Shown here piece by piece: positions 11,132-23,982 of a stretch of 64,000 bases of DNA. Position 1 is the stretch's first letter, and every line of letters starts with the position of its first letter. This stretch comes from Spirochaetia bacterium. Its GTDB lineage: Bacteria; Spirochaetota; Spirochaetia; DSM-2461. The stretch lies in assembly GCA_963668315.1 (NCBI GenBank), contig OY764216.1:32001-96000 (forward strand), given 5' to 3'. The position numbers and the translations under genes were made by a program. The notes beneath the pieces are model-generated. The model ran no database searches and was not told where the DNA came from. It saw only the letters and a program-made list of their open reading frames with translations.

Positions 11132-11197
11132 GGCCCGACGGGATATTCGGGGCGGTGCATTTTCCGTCCCTTTTTATGTAAATATGCCAGTTCTCTA

Positions 11198-11226
11198 TTG
11201 ATACTTATTTATCTAGTTAATACACT
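11198..11226 (+). promoter_or_regulatory. sigma70 promoter, likely leaderless transcript
   Basis: TTGATA-17nt-TACACT. The ATG is at 11233. Confidence 0.6.
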
Positions 11227-11232
11227 TTAGGT

Positions 11233-11898
11233 ATGGAATATTTAGCAGATACAGCGAATTTAGATGAAATCAGAAAGCTTTATGACAGTTTTCCTCTGAA
11301 CGGCGTGACCACCAATCCCACCATTCTCAAGCAATCGGGCATGAAGCTCTCCGAAGCGGTCAACGCTATCGGAGATATTATCGGAAACAGTCAGATCCAC
11401 ATCCAGGTGAGAAGCACCGACTGCGACAGCATCGTCAGCGAAGCCCGCAAATATAAAACCTATTTCGAGCTGGGAGATAATTACTATACAAAGATCCCCA
11501 TCACCCTGGATGGGCTCAAGGCGATGAGCATCCTCAAGGACGCCGGGATCAATGTCACGGCGACGGCCATATTCACCCAGCAGCAGGCTCTCATTGCCGC
11601 CAAGGCGGGGGCCGATTACGTTGCTCCCTATGTGAGCCGGCTCGACAATATCTCCTCCCACGGCATTGATGTGGTCCGGGATATCACGCAGAACATGACC
11701 CATTACAAACTGGATACAAAAGTACTGGCCGCCAGCTTCAAAACGGTGGATCAGATCCATCGCATCAGCATGCACGGATGCCATGCGGCCACGGTCAACC
11801 CGGAACTAATCATGCAGCTCATTACCCATCCCATGACCGACATCAGCATCAATACCTTTCTGGAAGACGCCAAAGGGGTATACGACATTTCCCTTTAG
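11233..11898 (+). CDS. fsa: Fructose-6-phosphate aldolase / short transaldolase family
   Basis: GVTTNPT, KIP Schiff-base Lys, NVTAT, AASFK. Gln in HIQV and Tyr in APYVSR are FSA-type residues rather than the TAL-type Glu/Phe. Confidence 0.8.
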   Translation: MEYLADTANLDEIRKLYDSFPLNGVTTNPTILKQSGMKLSEAVNAIGDIIGNSQIHIQVRSTDCDSIVSEARKYKTYFELGDNYYTKIPITLDGLKAMSILKDAGINVTATAIFTQQQALIAAKAGADYVAPYVSRLDNISSHGIDVVRDITQNMTHYKLDTKVLAASFKTVDQIHRISMHGCHAATVNPELIMQLITHPMTDISINTFLEDAKGVYDISL

Positions 11899-11906
11899 CA
11901 GACGGG

Positions 11907-11933
11907 CGGCGGCATTCAACCTGCCGCCGTTTT
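11907..11933 (+). terminator. Hairpin terminator between convergent genes
   Basis: CGGCGGCA-7nt-TGCCGCCG followed by TTTT. Confidence 0.6.
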
Positions 11934-12139
11934 CATTCCTCCTGCTTGTCCCGGGTGCTGATTTTCAAGGGAACATAGAGCGGACAGAAGGCTATGCTCC
12001 CCGTAAAGACCATGAGAAGCCCGGGAATTCCCAGCCACCACAGTTGTCTCGCTGAAACCTGCAGAATAACGGCCAGTACGATTAGAATGGTCCCTGCGGC
12101 CAGACGTAAGGTTCTATCAGTTTTTCCCATATTTTTCAT
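11933..12139 (-). CDS. DUF2892 / YgaP-like small membrane protein
   Basis: MKNMGKTDRTLRL...TG...FCPLY..LKIST. AAGGAG SD 7 nt before ATG 12139. Confidence 0.85.
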   Translation of the reverse strand: MKNMGKTDRTLRLAAGTILIVLAVILQVSARQLWWLGIPGLLMVFTGSIAFCPLYVPLKISTRDKQEE

Positions 12140-12236
12140 TGTCAAACTCCTTAATATATATTTTTTAATATATTAAAATCCCGTGCAGTCGTCCAGAAAA
12201 ATATCCCTAAATATTCCCTTCCCGGCTCCCCCGGTA

Positions 12237-12269
12237 TTGACGCCAAAATACTAGTACAGTATAGTACAG
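12237..12269 (+). promoter_or_regulatory. uxuA sigma70 promoter overlapped by a TAGTACAG direct repeat
   Basis: TTGACG-17nt-TATAGT. TAGTACAG at 12252 and 12262. Confidence 0.6.
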
Positions 12270-12349
12270 CATGGCTAAACCTGAGACAGGTTGACAATGC
12301 CTATAAAAACCGGATTTATCAGGCGTATAAAAAAGGAGAATTTATAAAC

Positions 12350-13567
12350 ATGTTTGCAATGGAAGAATCATTCAGATGGTACGGTCCCAACGACCCGGTT
12401 ACCCTGGATTTTATTAAGCAGGCCGGAGCCACTTCGGTCATCACCAGTCTCCACCAGATACCCTACGGGGAGAGCTGGCCCCTGGAAGCCATTCTGGAAC
12501 GGAAAAAGATCCTGGAAGAAAAGGGTCTTGGATGGGCGGCTGTTGAGTCCGTACCGGTCCATGAGGATATTAAAACCAGAACGGGAAATTACAAAGAGTA
12601 TATAGAGAATTACAAGATCAGCCTGGAAAACCTGGGAAAGGCCGGAGTGGAAGTGGTAATCTACAATTTCATGCCCGTTCTGGACTGGGTCAGAACCGAT
12701 CTCGCCCACAAACTGGAGGACGGCTCGGAGTGTCTCTACTTCGATCCTGTCCAGTTCGCCGCCTTTGACATGAATCTTCTTCAGAGAAAGGGAGCCGAGG
12801 AGGACTATACTCCGGAGCAGAGGAAACAGGCCCAGGCCTTCTTCGACAGCCTTTCCGATGAAGAGAAGAAAACCTTTGAACTGAATCTGATCGATGTATT
12901 CCCCGGCACGAAAATGGGCCTCTCCATCGAAGACGTGAGAGCCATGCTCGCCAAGTACGACGATATCGACCGGGAAACCCTCAAGAAGCATTACCGCCTC
13001 TTCCTGGAGGAAGTTATCCCCGTGGCAGCCAAAGCGGGAGTCCGCCTCGCCGTTCATCCCGACGATCCGCCGTGGAATATCATGGGTCTTCCCCGCATCG
13101 TAAGCTGCGCCGATGATATCCGCGACCTTCTGACCATGGTGGACAATCCGGCCAACGGCCTCTGTTTCTGTACCGGAAGCTACAGCGCCAGCCTGGACAA
13201 CAACCTTCCCGAAATGATCCGTCAGTTCGGAGACAGGATTCACGTAGCCCACTTGAGAAGCACACAGAAGAACACCGACGGCAGTTTCTACGAAGCCAAC
13301 CACCTGGAAGGTTCGGTTAACATGTACGAGGTAGTCAAAGCCCTTCTCGAGGAAATGGCCGCCCGCAAAAAAGCGGGAAGAGCGGACTGGAGACTGGCTT
13401 TCCGTCCCGACCACGGTCACACGATGATGGACGACCTGGCCAAACCGCCGGCGGACAACCCGGGATACACGGCCATCGGACGTATGCGCGGCCTGGCAGA
13501 GATACGGGGAGTGGAATACGGCATTCTCGGTTCCGATCCCGCTCTGGCTGAATCCCTGGGAAACTAG
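12350..13567 (+). CDS. uxuA: Mannonate dehydratase
   Basis: FRWYGP, VESVPVHEDIK, YNFMPVLDWVRT, HPDDPP, RPDHGH, PGY. Confidence 0.97.
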   Translation: MFAMEESFRWYGPNDPVTLDFIKQAGATSVITSLHQIPYGESWPLEAILERKKILEEKGLGWAAVESVPVHEDIKTRTGNYKEYIENYKISLENLGKAGVEVVIYNFMPVLDWVRTDLAHKLEDGSECLYFDPVQFAAFDMNLLQRKGAEEDYTPEQRKQAQAFFDSLSDEEKKTFELNLIDVFPGTKMGLSIEDVRAMLAKYDDIDRETLKKHYRLFLEEVIPVAAKAGVRLAVHPDDPPWNIMGLPRIVSCADDIRDLLTMVDNPANGLCFCTGSYSASLDNNLPEMIRQFGDRIHVAHLRSTQKNTDGSFYEANHLEGSVNMYEVVKALLEEMAARKKAGRADWRLAFRPDHGHTMMDDLAKPPADNPGYTAIGRMRGLAEIRGVEYGILGSDPALAESLGN

Positions 13568-13626
13568 TCTGATAACAGGGGGGATTTTCCCATATTACGG
13601 GAGATTCCCCCAAAGGGGAGTCCATA

Positions 13627-14604
13627 CTGAAAAATCTGACCAAACACCGGATAATCATCAACGATCTTAAGGAGAAAATCGCCGCCGGGCAAATTCTGCC
13701 GGGCGATCCCCTTCCCTCCATCAACGAGGTCAGCGGACGGTTTCAGGTGGCCAGGGAAACGGCGGTAAAGGCCTATAAGACTCTCAGACAGGAAGGTCTC
13801 ATTGATTCCGTTCCCGGCAAGGGATTCTTCCTCCTCACCGACCGGATAAGCGATTCCCCCCGGGTTATGCTTGTTCTTAACACCTACAACAGCTACATGC
13901 AATCCCTCTACCATGCGTACATGGGAGAAACAGGACAGGCGGCCACAACAGATATCTATTTCCATAACAACAACATAGATATTTTCAGAAACCTTATCAC
14001 GGCCTACAGCGGCCGTTATACCCACCACATCATCAAGCCCCCCTTCCACAGGGAGGTTCCGGAACTCCTGGGCACGCTGGATAAATCCCGGCTCCTTCTT
14101 CTTGACCGCGACGAGTATAAAGATCTGATGCGCCACTATCTCTGCCAGGATTTCCAGGATGGATTCAGCAGGATTCTCAGACAGATCAAACCGAGGATCC
14201 TCAGGTACGAGGGGCTTTATCTCATACGTTCCCAGAGCAATCTCCACCCCCAGGCGACATTCGACGCTTTTACCGATTTTCTTGAGGAAGAGAAGATTCC
14301 CGGCGGCATACTCCCCCGCATAGACGAAGGGGAGCTTCTGCCCGGAAGGGGGTACATCGTCAACTCCGATGAAGACATGGTGCGCCTGCTGCAGATTTTC
14401 AGGGAAAAATCCTGGATTCCCGGCAAAGACGGCGGAGTTATCGTTTATAACGAAACCCCTATCCTGGAGTTCATAGGCAGGGGCATCTCATCCATTTCCG
14501 TGGATTTTCCCCGGATGGGCCGCCTGGCCGCCCGGTTCGTAACAGGGCAGCCCGATTCCCGGGTAACCCTCCATCCCGACTATATAGAAAGGCACTCCTT
14601 CTAA
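13627..14604 (+). CDS. GntR-family regulator (winged HTH plus LacI-like sugar-binding domain)
   Basis: The frame stays open upstream of the track's GTG: TKHRIIINDLKEKIAAGQILPGDPLPSINEVSGRFQVARETAVKAYKTL...PGKGFF. C-terminal ISSISVDFPRMG. Start inferred at CTG 13627. Confidence 0.85.
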   Translation: MKNLTKHRIIINDLKEKIAAGQILPGDPLPSINEVSGRFQVARETAVKAYKTLRQEGLIDSVPGKGFFLLTDRISDSPRVMLVLNTYNSYMQSLYHAYMGETGQAATTDIYFHNNNIDIFRNLITAYSGRYTHHIIKPPFHREVPELLGTLDKSRLLLLDRDEYKDLMRHYLCQDFQDGFSRILRQIKPRILRYEGLYLIRSQSNLHPQATFDAFTDFLEEEKIPGGILPRIDEGELLPGRGYIVNSDEDMVRLLQIFREKSWIPGKDGGVIVYNETPILEFIGRGISSISVDFPRMGRLAARFVTGQPDSRVTLHPDYIERHSF

Positions 14605-14786
14605 AAGAGCCGGACACACATCCTCTTCCCCGGGGAGAAAGGGTCCTTTTTTTTGCCATCCCTTTTTTTTACTACTTTTTTACTTGTTTTTTTCACTCTC
14701 TTTCAATTACAATCACAAAAAGTCCCGTTCTTCATGTTCCGGGACAATCTACTCATTAAGAAAATATGTGTCCCAGAGGAATTACC

Positions 14787-16907
14787 ATGAAGAGAAGAAA
14801 AAGATCTTTTGCCACTCCCCTTATTTTATTGACCATCGGAATCCTTATCATCTGCTTCCTGAGTCAGTTTATCCTTATATCCCAGAAAATAGACCGGGAG
14901 ATAAAAAAGACTCAGTCATCTAACTTCACATCCATAGCCCAGTCCCTGGCCGATCTTCTGGAACTGGAGCTCGATTCCAACGAAGCCGTGATGATTTCCT
15001 ATGCAAACGATCTGAGCCGATATATCACCATGGCCGACGTCCCTCTGAAGAACAATCCCGTATCCCATCAGATTATCAAGGAGCTTCAGGAAAGCAACTC
15101 CTTCTTCGAATCCGCCTTCATACTGAGCGACCAGGGCATCATTCTCGACTCGACATACTCCGATTCCGTCATCGGAATGGACCTTTCAGACAGGGATTAT
15201 TTCAATGCCATCGTCAGGGAAAGAAAATCCTCCTTCATCACGCCGAATGTCCTGGAGTCCAACGTAACCCACAACCTGACCGTCGTTCATGCAGCGCCCA
15301 TCTACCGGAACGGGACGCTCCAGGGAATTCTGGGAATCTCACTGAACCTGACGGCCCTGGGGAATAATTTCATACTGTCACAGAAGATCGGCGACACAGG
15401 CTATCCCTTCGTACTGGACCAGGAGGGGATATTCATCATCCACCCTTCGGATGAACTTCTCTTCACCTCATCCCTTGGCATTGACCCTTTCTTTGAGAGG
15501 GTGGTCAACAGCAGCGGGACGCTTCTCGAGTCGGACTACTATCTCGAGGGAATTCAGAAGAGGGGCGTGTTCGTCAGAATCCCCGAAACCGGCTGGATCG
15601 TCTGTTTTGCCATCAATTATGAAGAATCCCACTACTCCATTTATATACTCCGCGTCCTGCTGATCATTACGGGCACAGTTTCCCTCGTTCTCATATCCCT
15701 CATACTGGCGCTTTACGTCAGCCGGATGCTGGTCCTGCGGCTCAAGGGAATAGAGGAGATCATGCACGATGCCTCCGAAGGAAATCTTACGGGACGGGGA
15801 AATTCCCGGGGTTCCGACGAGGTGTCCGCCCTGATAGGCGATTTCAATCTGCTCATCGATTCACTGAGGGATTTTTTCTCCTCCTTGAACGGCAATCTGG
15901 AAGAGCTGGATGAAGTCGGTCAGGATCTGTCGGCCAATATGGAGGAGACAGCAGCTGCCGTACACCAGATAAGGACAAACGTCACCAATTCCCGGAAGCA
16001 GATCACCAGCCAGGAATCCATAGTGCGTCAGACCGATGATGCGGTTAAGAGGATTCTCGGCAACGTGGATAATCTGGACCGGATAATCGACTTGCAGAAT
16101 CAGAACCTCGATCAGGGTTCGAGCGCCGTAGAAGAGATGATCGTCCAGATAAAAAATGTTTCCCAGTCCACTGAACGCTCGGAGGATCTGATGATCGAAC
16201 TCCGCCAATCCTCAAACGCGGGAAAGGAGAAACTCGACGAGGTAACGGGCCTTATCGATTCTATCGCCCAGAAATCCCAGAATCTGGAAGAAGCGAATGC
16301 CCTGATTTCCGGGATCGCCAGCCAAACCAATCTTCTGGCCATGAATGCCGCCATTGAGGCGGCCCATGCGGGAGAAGCGGGAAGAGGATTCGCCGTTGTT
16401 GCCGATGAAATACGAAAACTTGCCGAGCAGTCAACGGCCCAGTCCCGGGAGGTAAAGCAGAGCATCCTTGATATATCCTCCTCCATAGAGGCCGTCGTCA
16501 ATGGTTCTACGGCGTCCAACCACTCCTTCATGGATATCCTTTCACGGATCGAAGACATCAGCCGCCTTACGGGAGAGATTAAATCCTCCATGGAAGAACA
16601 GGTGGCCGGCAGCTCCCAGGTTCTGGAATCCCTCAAGGAGCTGAAGTCGACGAGCGGCGACGTAACGGAAGCCTCCCGGGATATGAAGCGGGAGAGCAGC
16701 GCCATTGTTCAAACGATCAACTCCCTGAATCAGATTTCCGAGGAAGTGACGATGGCCATCGGTGAAATAGGGAACGGCATGGATGAAATAGGCCGCTCCG
16801 TTTCAAGCATAAAGGATATAACGGTCAAGAATAAAGACAATATTGATATGGTCAGAAAGGAAGCCCGCCGTTACAAAATAGAGGAGGATGACCTCGGAGA
16901 AATCTGA
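14787..16907 (+). CDS. Methyl-accepting chemotaxis protein (dCache, HAMP, MA)
   Basis: Two TMs, [44 protein letters not shown]. Confidence 0.97.
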   Translation: MKRRKRSFATPLILLTIGILIICFLSQFILISQKIDREIKKTQSSNFTSIAQSLADLLELELDSNEAVMISYANDLSRYITMADVPLKNNPVSHQIIKELQESNSFFESAFILSDQGIILDSTYSDSVIGMDLSDRDYFNAIVRERKSSFITPNVLESNVTHNLTVVHAAPIYRNGTLQGILGISLNLTALGNNFILSQKIGDTGYPFVLDQEGIFIIHPSDELLFTSSLGIDPFFERVVNSSGTLLESDYYLEGIQKRGVFVRIPETGWIVCFAINYEESHYSIYILRVLLIITGTVSLVLISLILALYVSRMLVLRLKGIEEIMHDASEGNLTGRGNSRGSDEVSALIGDFNLLIDSLRDFFSSLNGNLEELDEVGQDLSANMEETAAAVHQIRTNVTNSRKQITSQESIVRQTDDAVKRILGNVDNLDRIIDLQNQNLDQGSSAVEEMIVQIKNVSQSTERSEDLMIELRQSSNAGKEKLDEVTGLIDSIAQKSQNLEEANALISGIASQTNLLAMNAAIEAAHAGEAGRGFAVVADEIRKLAEQSTAQSREVKQSILDISSSIEAVVNGSTASNHSFMDILSRIEDISRLTGEIKSSMEEQVAGSSQVLESLKELKSTSGDVTEASRDMKRESSAIVQTINSLNQISEEVTMAIGEIGNGMDEIGRSVSSIKDITVKNKDNIDMVRKEARRYKIEEDDLGEI

Positions 16908-17015
16908 GGAAGTCCCTTCACAGGATAAAAAACAGGACTTTCCCGGCGGAAATCCTTCGCCGGGACTATCCCCAAAGAACCATACCTGCTATTCTACTCC
17001 TTCCATAGGAGTAAT

Positions 17016-18203
<1,188 letters not shown>

Positions 18204-18690
18204 CGCCGTCCGGATCCAGAACATAGAGAAAGCGGACGCCCGGCATGGGCTCGAAGGGTCCCCCGAAAAGGGGGATTCCTTTCTCTTCCAGAACGGTCTG
18301 AATCGCATCCAGGGAGGAGACTTCAAAACCCAGGGAAATATCTTTCCCGTAAACCGGCTCATCCTTGTCCGCCGATAGGATCAGCTCAAGCTTCGTCTCA
18401 CCTTCTCCCAGAAACGCAATTTCCATCCCCGGGGCGGGAGAGTTTCTCCGCTGCAGTTTCAGTCCCACCAGTCCTCTGTAAAACTCCAGGGATTTTTCCA
18501 TATCCCTTACATAAAATGTCGTCCAGCAGTATTTCATGACGATACCATCTCCTCCATAGAACGCGTTCTGCCGCTATTTCCCTCGGCTTCACCCGGTTTA
18601 GCATAAAATAATATCACTTTCTTGAAAACAGAGCCATAAAAAATTTGAGTTCCTCCCCCCCGCTCCTTATGATTATAACAGATCGGACCA

Positions 18691-20256
18691 TTGATGATGA
18701 CAAAGGAAACACGGAAAAAGAAAAATACCCCCTTCCTCTTCTATTCCATACAGACGAAACTTCTGGCTCTGTTCTTCTCCTTCTTTCTCATTCTCATGGT
18801 GATTATGCTTGTATTATCCCAGAGAAGCCTGACATCCATCATTGACGAGAGCCAGGGGGATCTGTACAGGGAGAGACTGGATTTTATTATCGATGAGTTG
18901 GAAGAGGCTGACTCTTTATTAAAGGAGATGCCCCGTTCGGTAGCGGGGCAAAGGGTCGGAGAGATCCAGAAGGAGGTTCTCGCGGTCATAAGGGAGAAAT
19001 ACTACAAGACCCCCCTCCTGGACCATTACCCCTTCATCATCGACCCCGATATCCTCATAATCCTCCATCCGACCATGGCCCGGGGAACGGACAACAGGGA
19101 GAATATCCCCTGGAGCCGGAATTTCCGGGAGGGCAAGGAGGGGGATTTCACGGAAATCTTCTTCGGGACGGAGAAATGGTATCTCTATAAATGGTACGAT
19201 CCCTGGAACTGGATTATCTGCTACACCGTTCCCCTGGACGTTAAGTACAAAGACGTACAGCTTTTTCAGAAAAGCCTGGCCTTCTTTATGATTCTGATAA
19301 CACTGATTTTCACTCCCCCCATTATCACTTTGATAAGAAACATAACCATGCCTCTGGGGAAGCTGACGGAGATCACGGGGAAGATCTCCCGGGGGGATCT
19401 TGATCAGTCCATTCCGATCAGCGGCAGGGATGAAATCAGCGACCTGTCCAGAAGCATCAAGGCAATGCAGGACTCGATTAAACAGAAAATCGAAGCGTTG
19501 AACAGGGAGATGAAGGATAAGACACTTATGAAAGAACAGCTGGCGCAGAATCAGAAACTCGATGCCATCGGCCAGCTGGCGGGAGGAGTGGCCCATGATT
19601 TCAACAATGTGCTGGCAGGAATATCCGGAGCCGCCCAGCTGCTCGCCTCCCTTCATGACGATACGGAGAGCCGTCTTTATACGAATATGATCATCCAGTC
19701 GGCTGACAGCGCCGCCGAACTGACGACCAAGCTGCTGGCTTTCGGCAGAAAATCCCAGCTGATAAAGAGGAGCACCGACCTGCACAAACTTATCCATGAC
19801 ACACTGCTCATCCTGAACCGGACCCTGGATAAAAAGGTCTGCCTCAGCCTGTCCCTTAACGCGGAGCCGGCCCTTATCTGGAGCGATGCCGCCGCCATAC
19901 AGAACAGTATCATCAATATCGCCATCAATGCGGCCCACGCCATGAAAGGAGGAGGTGACCTGACCATAGAAACGGCGGGGGTATCCCTATCCGAAGAGGA
20001 GTGCCGCCGGAGTTCCTTTGACCTGAAGCCGGGGGACTACATAAAACTGACCATTGCGGATACGGGCACGGGAATCCCGCCGGAATACCTCAGCCGAATA
20101 TTCGAGCCCTTCTTTACAACAAAGGAAAAGGATAAGGGAACCGGCCTGGGGCTCGCCTCGGTTTACGGAACGGTTCTGGACCATAAGGGTTCCATAACCG
20201 TTCACAGTACACCGGGACAAGGAACGTCCTTCACGCTCCTCCTCCCCTGCCCCTGA
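18691..20256 (+). CDS. Membrane sensor histidine kinase (Cache-HAMP-HisKA-HATPase)
   Basis: [10 protein letters not shown]-box, [29 protein letters not shown]. No receiver domain. Confidence 0.95.
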   Translation: MMMTKETRKKKNTPFLFYSIQTKLLALFFSFFLILMVIMLVLSQRSLTSIIDESQGDLYRERLDFIIDELEEADSLLKEMPRSVAGQRVGEIQKEVLAVIREKYYKTPLLDHYPFIIDPDILIILHPTMARGTDNRENIPWSRNFREGKEGDFTEIFFGTEKWYLYKWYDPWNWIICYTVPLDVKYKDVQLFQKSLAFFMILITLIFTPPIITLIRNITMPLGKLTEITGKISRGDLDQSIPISGRDEISDLSRSIKAMQDSIKQKIEALNREMKDKTLMKEQLAQNQKLDAIGQLAGGVAHDFNNVLAGISGAAQLLASLHDDTESRLYTNMIIQSADSAAELTTKLLAFGRKSQLIKRSTDLHKLIHDTLLILNRTLDKKVCLSLSLNAEPALIWSDAAAIQNSIINIAINAAHAMKGGGDLTIETAGVSLSEEECRRSSFDLKPGDYIKLTIADTGTGIPPEYLSRIFEPFFTTKEKDKGTGLGLASVYGTVLDHKGSITVHSTPGQGTSFTLLLPCP

Positions 20257-20267
20257 TCAGAAAAAAA

Positions 20268-21308
20268 TCAGCGGGGAAAATCAATCATGATTTTGATTTC
20301 GTCATCGGGCAGGGTCGCGGCATATTCAAAGGCCTTGACGCCCTCTTCGAAATCGTAGGTTTTCGTCACAAGGGGGGCCACATTAAGCTTTCCCGAAGCA
20401 ATGAGTTTAATAACCCGCGGATAGATATTCACGTAGCGGAAAATCGTCTTCAGCTGGATCTCCCTGGCCTGCAGGGCGACCACATCCATGGGCACCGGGG
20501 CGGAAGGCATGCCTATGAGGACGATGGTGCCGCCGGGAGCGACATAGGAGGCGATCCCTTCGTAAGCCTTGACGCTTCCGCTGGCTTCGAAAACAATATC
20601 CACGCTGGAGAGTCCCGATTCCCCCAGGACACCGGCTATGGACTGGGATTTCAGATCAATCGCCGTGATTTTTCCGGCATAATTCTTCTTGACGAAATCC
20701 AGTTTCTCCTTTTTGATATCGGCGATGAAAACCTGAGAACAGCCGGATGACTCGGCGGCGAGGGCCGTGACGATACCGATGGTTCCGGCGCCCATGACAA
20801 GAGCCGTATCCCCCGAGGAGATATTCGCCTTATTGGCCGAATGCATGCCTATGGCCACCGGCTCCACCAGAGCCCCTTCATGGAAGGAGACGTTATCGGG
20901 GAGCTTGAAAGTAAGGCTTCCCGGATGCACCACCGACTCCCTCATGCAGCCGTGGACGGGAGGGGTGGCCCAGAATGAGACGGCCGGATCCAGATTGTAC
21001 ATGCCGTGAAGGGTCTCATCGCTTCTGAAATCGGGGATTCCCGGCTCCATGCATACCCGGTCGCCCACCTTGAGGTGGCTTACCCGGGAACCGACTTCGG
21101 TCACGATTCCGCTGGCCTCATGGCCCAGAATCATCGGTTCTTTAACGATAAAATCGCCGATATTTCCTTCCCGGTAGTAGTGAACGTCGCTTCCGCATAT
21201 CCCCACCGCCACCGGTTTTATCCTTACATCATCGGGAGAGAGCTCATCGTTCAGCTCATAATCCCTGAGAGTGACCTTACCTTTTTCTTCCAATACAATA
21301 GCCCGCAT
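20268..21308 (-). CDS. Zn-dependent xylitol/sorbitol-type dehydrogenase
   Basis: [39 protein letters not shown]. Confidence 0.92.
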   Translation of the reverse strand: MRAIVLEEKGKVTLRDYELNDELSPDDVRIKPVAVGICGSDVHYYREGNIGDFIVKEPMILGHEASGIVTEVGSRVSHLKVGDRVCMEPGIPDFRSDETLHGMYNLDPAVSFWATPPVHGCMRESVVHPGSLTFKLPDNVSFHEGALVEPVAIGMHSANKANISSGDTALVMGAGTIGIVTALAAESSGCSQVFIADIKKEKLDFVKKNYAGKITAIDLKSQSIAGVLGESGLSSVDIVFEASGSVKAYEGIASYVAPGGTIVLIGMPSAPVPMDVVALQAREIQLKTIFRYVNIYPRVIKLIASGKLNVAPLVTKTYDFEEGVKAFEYAATLPDDEIKIMIDFPR

Positions 21309-21504
21309 ATACTCACCTGCCTAATATGAAGTTGGTGAAAATTATCCCACAGCCTCAGCCGCCCGTCAACTAAAAACAGGAACGGGAAGAGACAAATAGA
21401 ACAAAAGAAAAAGATTTGCATTGACTGTAATAATACTCTAAGATTAAAAGTGAACTGCCGTGCCCCCCATAGACTGATTCATCGGCGGTAGAGAAACAGG
21501 GATA

Positions 21505-23952
21505 ATGAAGAGAAAATCGATCGGTTCAAAAATAATGCTCCTTTTCATAGGGGCCCTCCTCTTTAATATTCTGTTCCTGATCTCCTTCATAGGTATCAGC
21601 GGATCAAAATTCCTCTACTCCCTGGGAGACCGCTTTCTGGGGGATATATTATTTCTGACGGAACATCCCATAACCCACAGCCTGGAAGAGGGCGACTACC
21701 GGTCCATCAGCCTTCTCATTGAAAGCCTGGTGGAGCAGGAACCCTGTATTGAGCAGCTATACGTCTATAACGAAATGGGAAGTCTGGCCGCGATGGCCGT
21801 CAGTCCCGACCAGACGGGACCTCCCTCTCCCCCCGAATGGTTGGATCTGACGTCGTCCCTGCAGGAAAATGAGGATTTCCCGGTGACCCGTTCGGGCATT
21901 CTCCGCATAACCCGTCCGCTTCAACGGAACGGGGATATTGCCGGGGCCGTCATCCTCTTCTACAACCGCAATCTTCTGACGGGACAGGTCAACCGTGTTC
22001 GAACGCTGTTTCTCATCCACTCCCTGACGATGCTGCTTATCGGCGGAGCTCTCTTCTATCTGGGGATAGGAAAGTTCACCCGCGCCCTCTCCGATCTCTC
22101 CCGTCTGACAAGCCAGTTCGGAACGGAGGACTACGATTTCCATTACGAATACGGGGGAAACGACGAGATCAGCGACCTATGCGCGTCTCTGAACGAAATG
22201 ACAAGCCAGATTAAAAGCAATTTCGATCTTCTGAAAAAAAGCGAAGAGCGCTTTGACCTGGCCGTGCAGGGCTCCCATGACGGGATCTGGGATTACACCC
22301 CTTCGGATGACAGCTTCTACGCTTCTCCCCGCTGCCTCGAAATACTTGCCAGGGAAGACAGCGTGCCCCGGACATTGAAAGAGTGGACGGCTCTCACGAC
22401 CGAAGCGGACAAGGACATGATGGAAAGGGAGGTAAACCGGCTTCTCGCAGGCGAGCTGGAAGACATGCAACTGGAACTACGGGTGAATATCCCCGGGAAT
22501 GCCACTAAATGGATTCTCCTCAAGGGTAAGGGCATTTTCACCCCTTCGGGCCGCTGTATTCGCCTGGCCGGTTCCCTTTCCGATATAAGCCGCCAGAAAG
22601 AAGCGGAGGATAAACTGATTAAAGCCGCCATGTACGACTCGCTGACGAACCTCCCCAACCGGGCCTTTCTGGCCGAACGTCTCAAGCTGATCGTCAACAA
22701 GAAGAAAAGGTACTCGGATAAACATTTCGCCCTGCTCTTTCTCGACTACGACGGATTCAAGAAAGTCAACGATACCTACGGCCATTCCATGGGTGACAAG
22801 ATTCTTAAGATGATAGCGGGACGCCTTAAGCTCTGCCTGAGGCCGGAAGATCTGATAAGTCGGATCGGCGGTGATGAATTCATTCTTCTTCTGGAAGACT
22901 GCGGCGAGCATGACGATATAACCCGTATTGCCCAGAGGGTTCTGGAAGCCTCGGCCAGGGAGTTCGAGGTGGAGGGAGAGAGCATCTACCTCTCTGTCAG
23001 CATCGGAATCGCAACGGACGGAATCCCCTACAACAACCTGGAAGAACTTATCCAGTACAGCGACATTGCCATGTACCATGCAAAGAACAAGGGGAAGGGA
23101 ACATTCTGCTTCTTCAAAGAAGAGATGCAGTCCCGCATCAGAAATCAGTGGAGAATTCAAAACGATCTCCACAAGGCCATCAAAAACAATGAACTCTATC
23201 TGGTATTCCAGCCCATTCTCTCCCTTCGGGATTTCCATATCAAGGGGGCTGAAGTACTCATGCGATGGAACCATCCGATAAGAGGCCCCATATCCCCGGT
23301 GGATTTTATCCCCACCGCAGAAGAGTCCCATATCATCACTCAACTGACCGGCTGGCTTCTTGATGAGATCATCCGGATTAATCCCCTCTCCCTGCGGAAC
23401 AGGCTGGATGAGCCCATCAGAATCAGCTTCAACCTCTCCTCCCGGGATTTCCTGAGCAACCCCTCCATCATGAAAAAGATACGGGATGCCATTCCCTACG
23501 GCTCCCCCCTCTTCTCCTGTCTTGATGCGGAAGTGACGGAGACGACCCTTATCGAGAATTTCGAAATGGTGAACTACCAGCTCAGCCAGCTGAGGGCGAT
23601 GGGCATGAAAATCAAGCTGGATGATTTCGGAACGGGATTTTCCTCTCTCAGTTACCTCCACAGCTTTCCCCTGGACGAGCTGAAGATAGACCGTTCCTTT
23701 GTCTCCTCCATACCGACAAACCACGCGAAGGTCAGCATCGTCAGGCATATCATCAATCTTGCCCACGACTTGAATCTTAAAGTCATAGCCGAAGGAATTG
23801 AAAACAGGGAACAGCTCCAGTTTCTCATTGACGCCGGATGCGACATGGGCCAGGGGTACTTCTACTCCCCTCCCTTGAAATTCGATGAATTCCTTATCTT
23901 TCTAGAAGAGATGAAGAGTATAACTCAGCTCCCGGAGCATTCGGGGATTTGA
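21505..23952 (+). CDS. Membrane HAMP-PAS-GGDEF-EAL c-di-GMP enzyme
   Basis: DSLTNLPNR, RIGGDEF, AEVLMRW, DDFGTGFSSL, LKIDRSF, AEGIE, QGYFY. Confidence 0.96.
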   Translation: MKRKSIGSKIMLLFIGALLFNILFLISFIGISGSKFLYSLGDRFLGDILFLTEHPITHSLEEGDYRSISLLIESLVEQEPCIEQLYVYNEMGSLAAMAVSPDQTGPPSPPEWLDLTSSLQENEDFPVTRSGILRITRPLQRNGDIAGAVILFYNRNLLTGQVNRVRTLFLIHSLTMLLIGGALFYLGIGKFTRALSDLSRLTSQFGTEDYDFHYEYGGNDEISDLCASLNEMTSQIKSNFDLLKKSEERFDLAVQGSHDGIWDYTPSDDSFYASPRCLEILAREDSVPRTLKEWTALTTEADKDMMEREVNRLLAGELEDMQLELRVNIPGNATKWILLKGKGIFTPSGRCIRLAGSLSDISRQKEAEDKLIKAAMYDSLTNLPNRAFLAERLKLIVNKKKRYSDKHFALLFLDYDGFKKVNDTYGHSMGDKILKMIAGRLKLCLRPEDLISRIGGDEFILLLEDCGEHDDITRIAQRVLEASAREFEVEGESIYLSVSIGIATDGIPYNNLEELIQYSDIAMYHAKNKGKGTFCFFKEEMQSRIRNQWRIQNDLHKAIKNNELYLVFQPILSLRDFHIKGAEVLMRWNHPIRGPISPVDFIPTAEESHIITQLTGWLLDEIIRINPLSLRNRLDEPIRISFNLSSRDFLSNPSIMKKIRDAIPYGSPLFSCLDAEVTETTLIENFEMVNYQLSQLRAMGMKIKLDDFGTGFSSLSYLHSFPLDELKIDRSFVSSIPTNHAKVSIVRHIINLAHDLNLKVIAEGIENREQLQFLIDAGCDMGQGYFYSPPLKFDEFLIFLEEMKSITQLPEHSGI

Positions 23953-23982
23953 CAAGCGGGCCCGGTAGTTCTACCATGGGCT

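Noticed and set aside
21310..21504. c-di-GMP riboswitch upstream of the GGDEF-EAL gene
   Set aside because: I could not recognise a class I or class II core by eye. An Infernal/Rfam scan would settle it.
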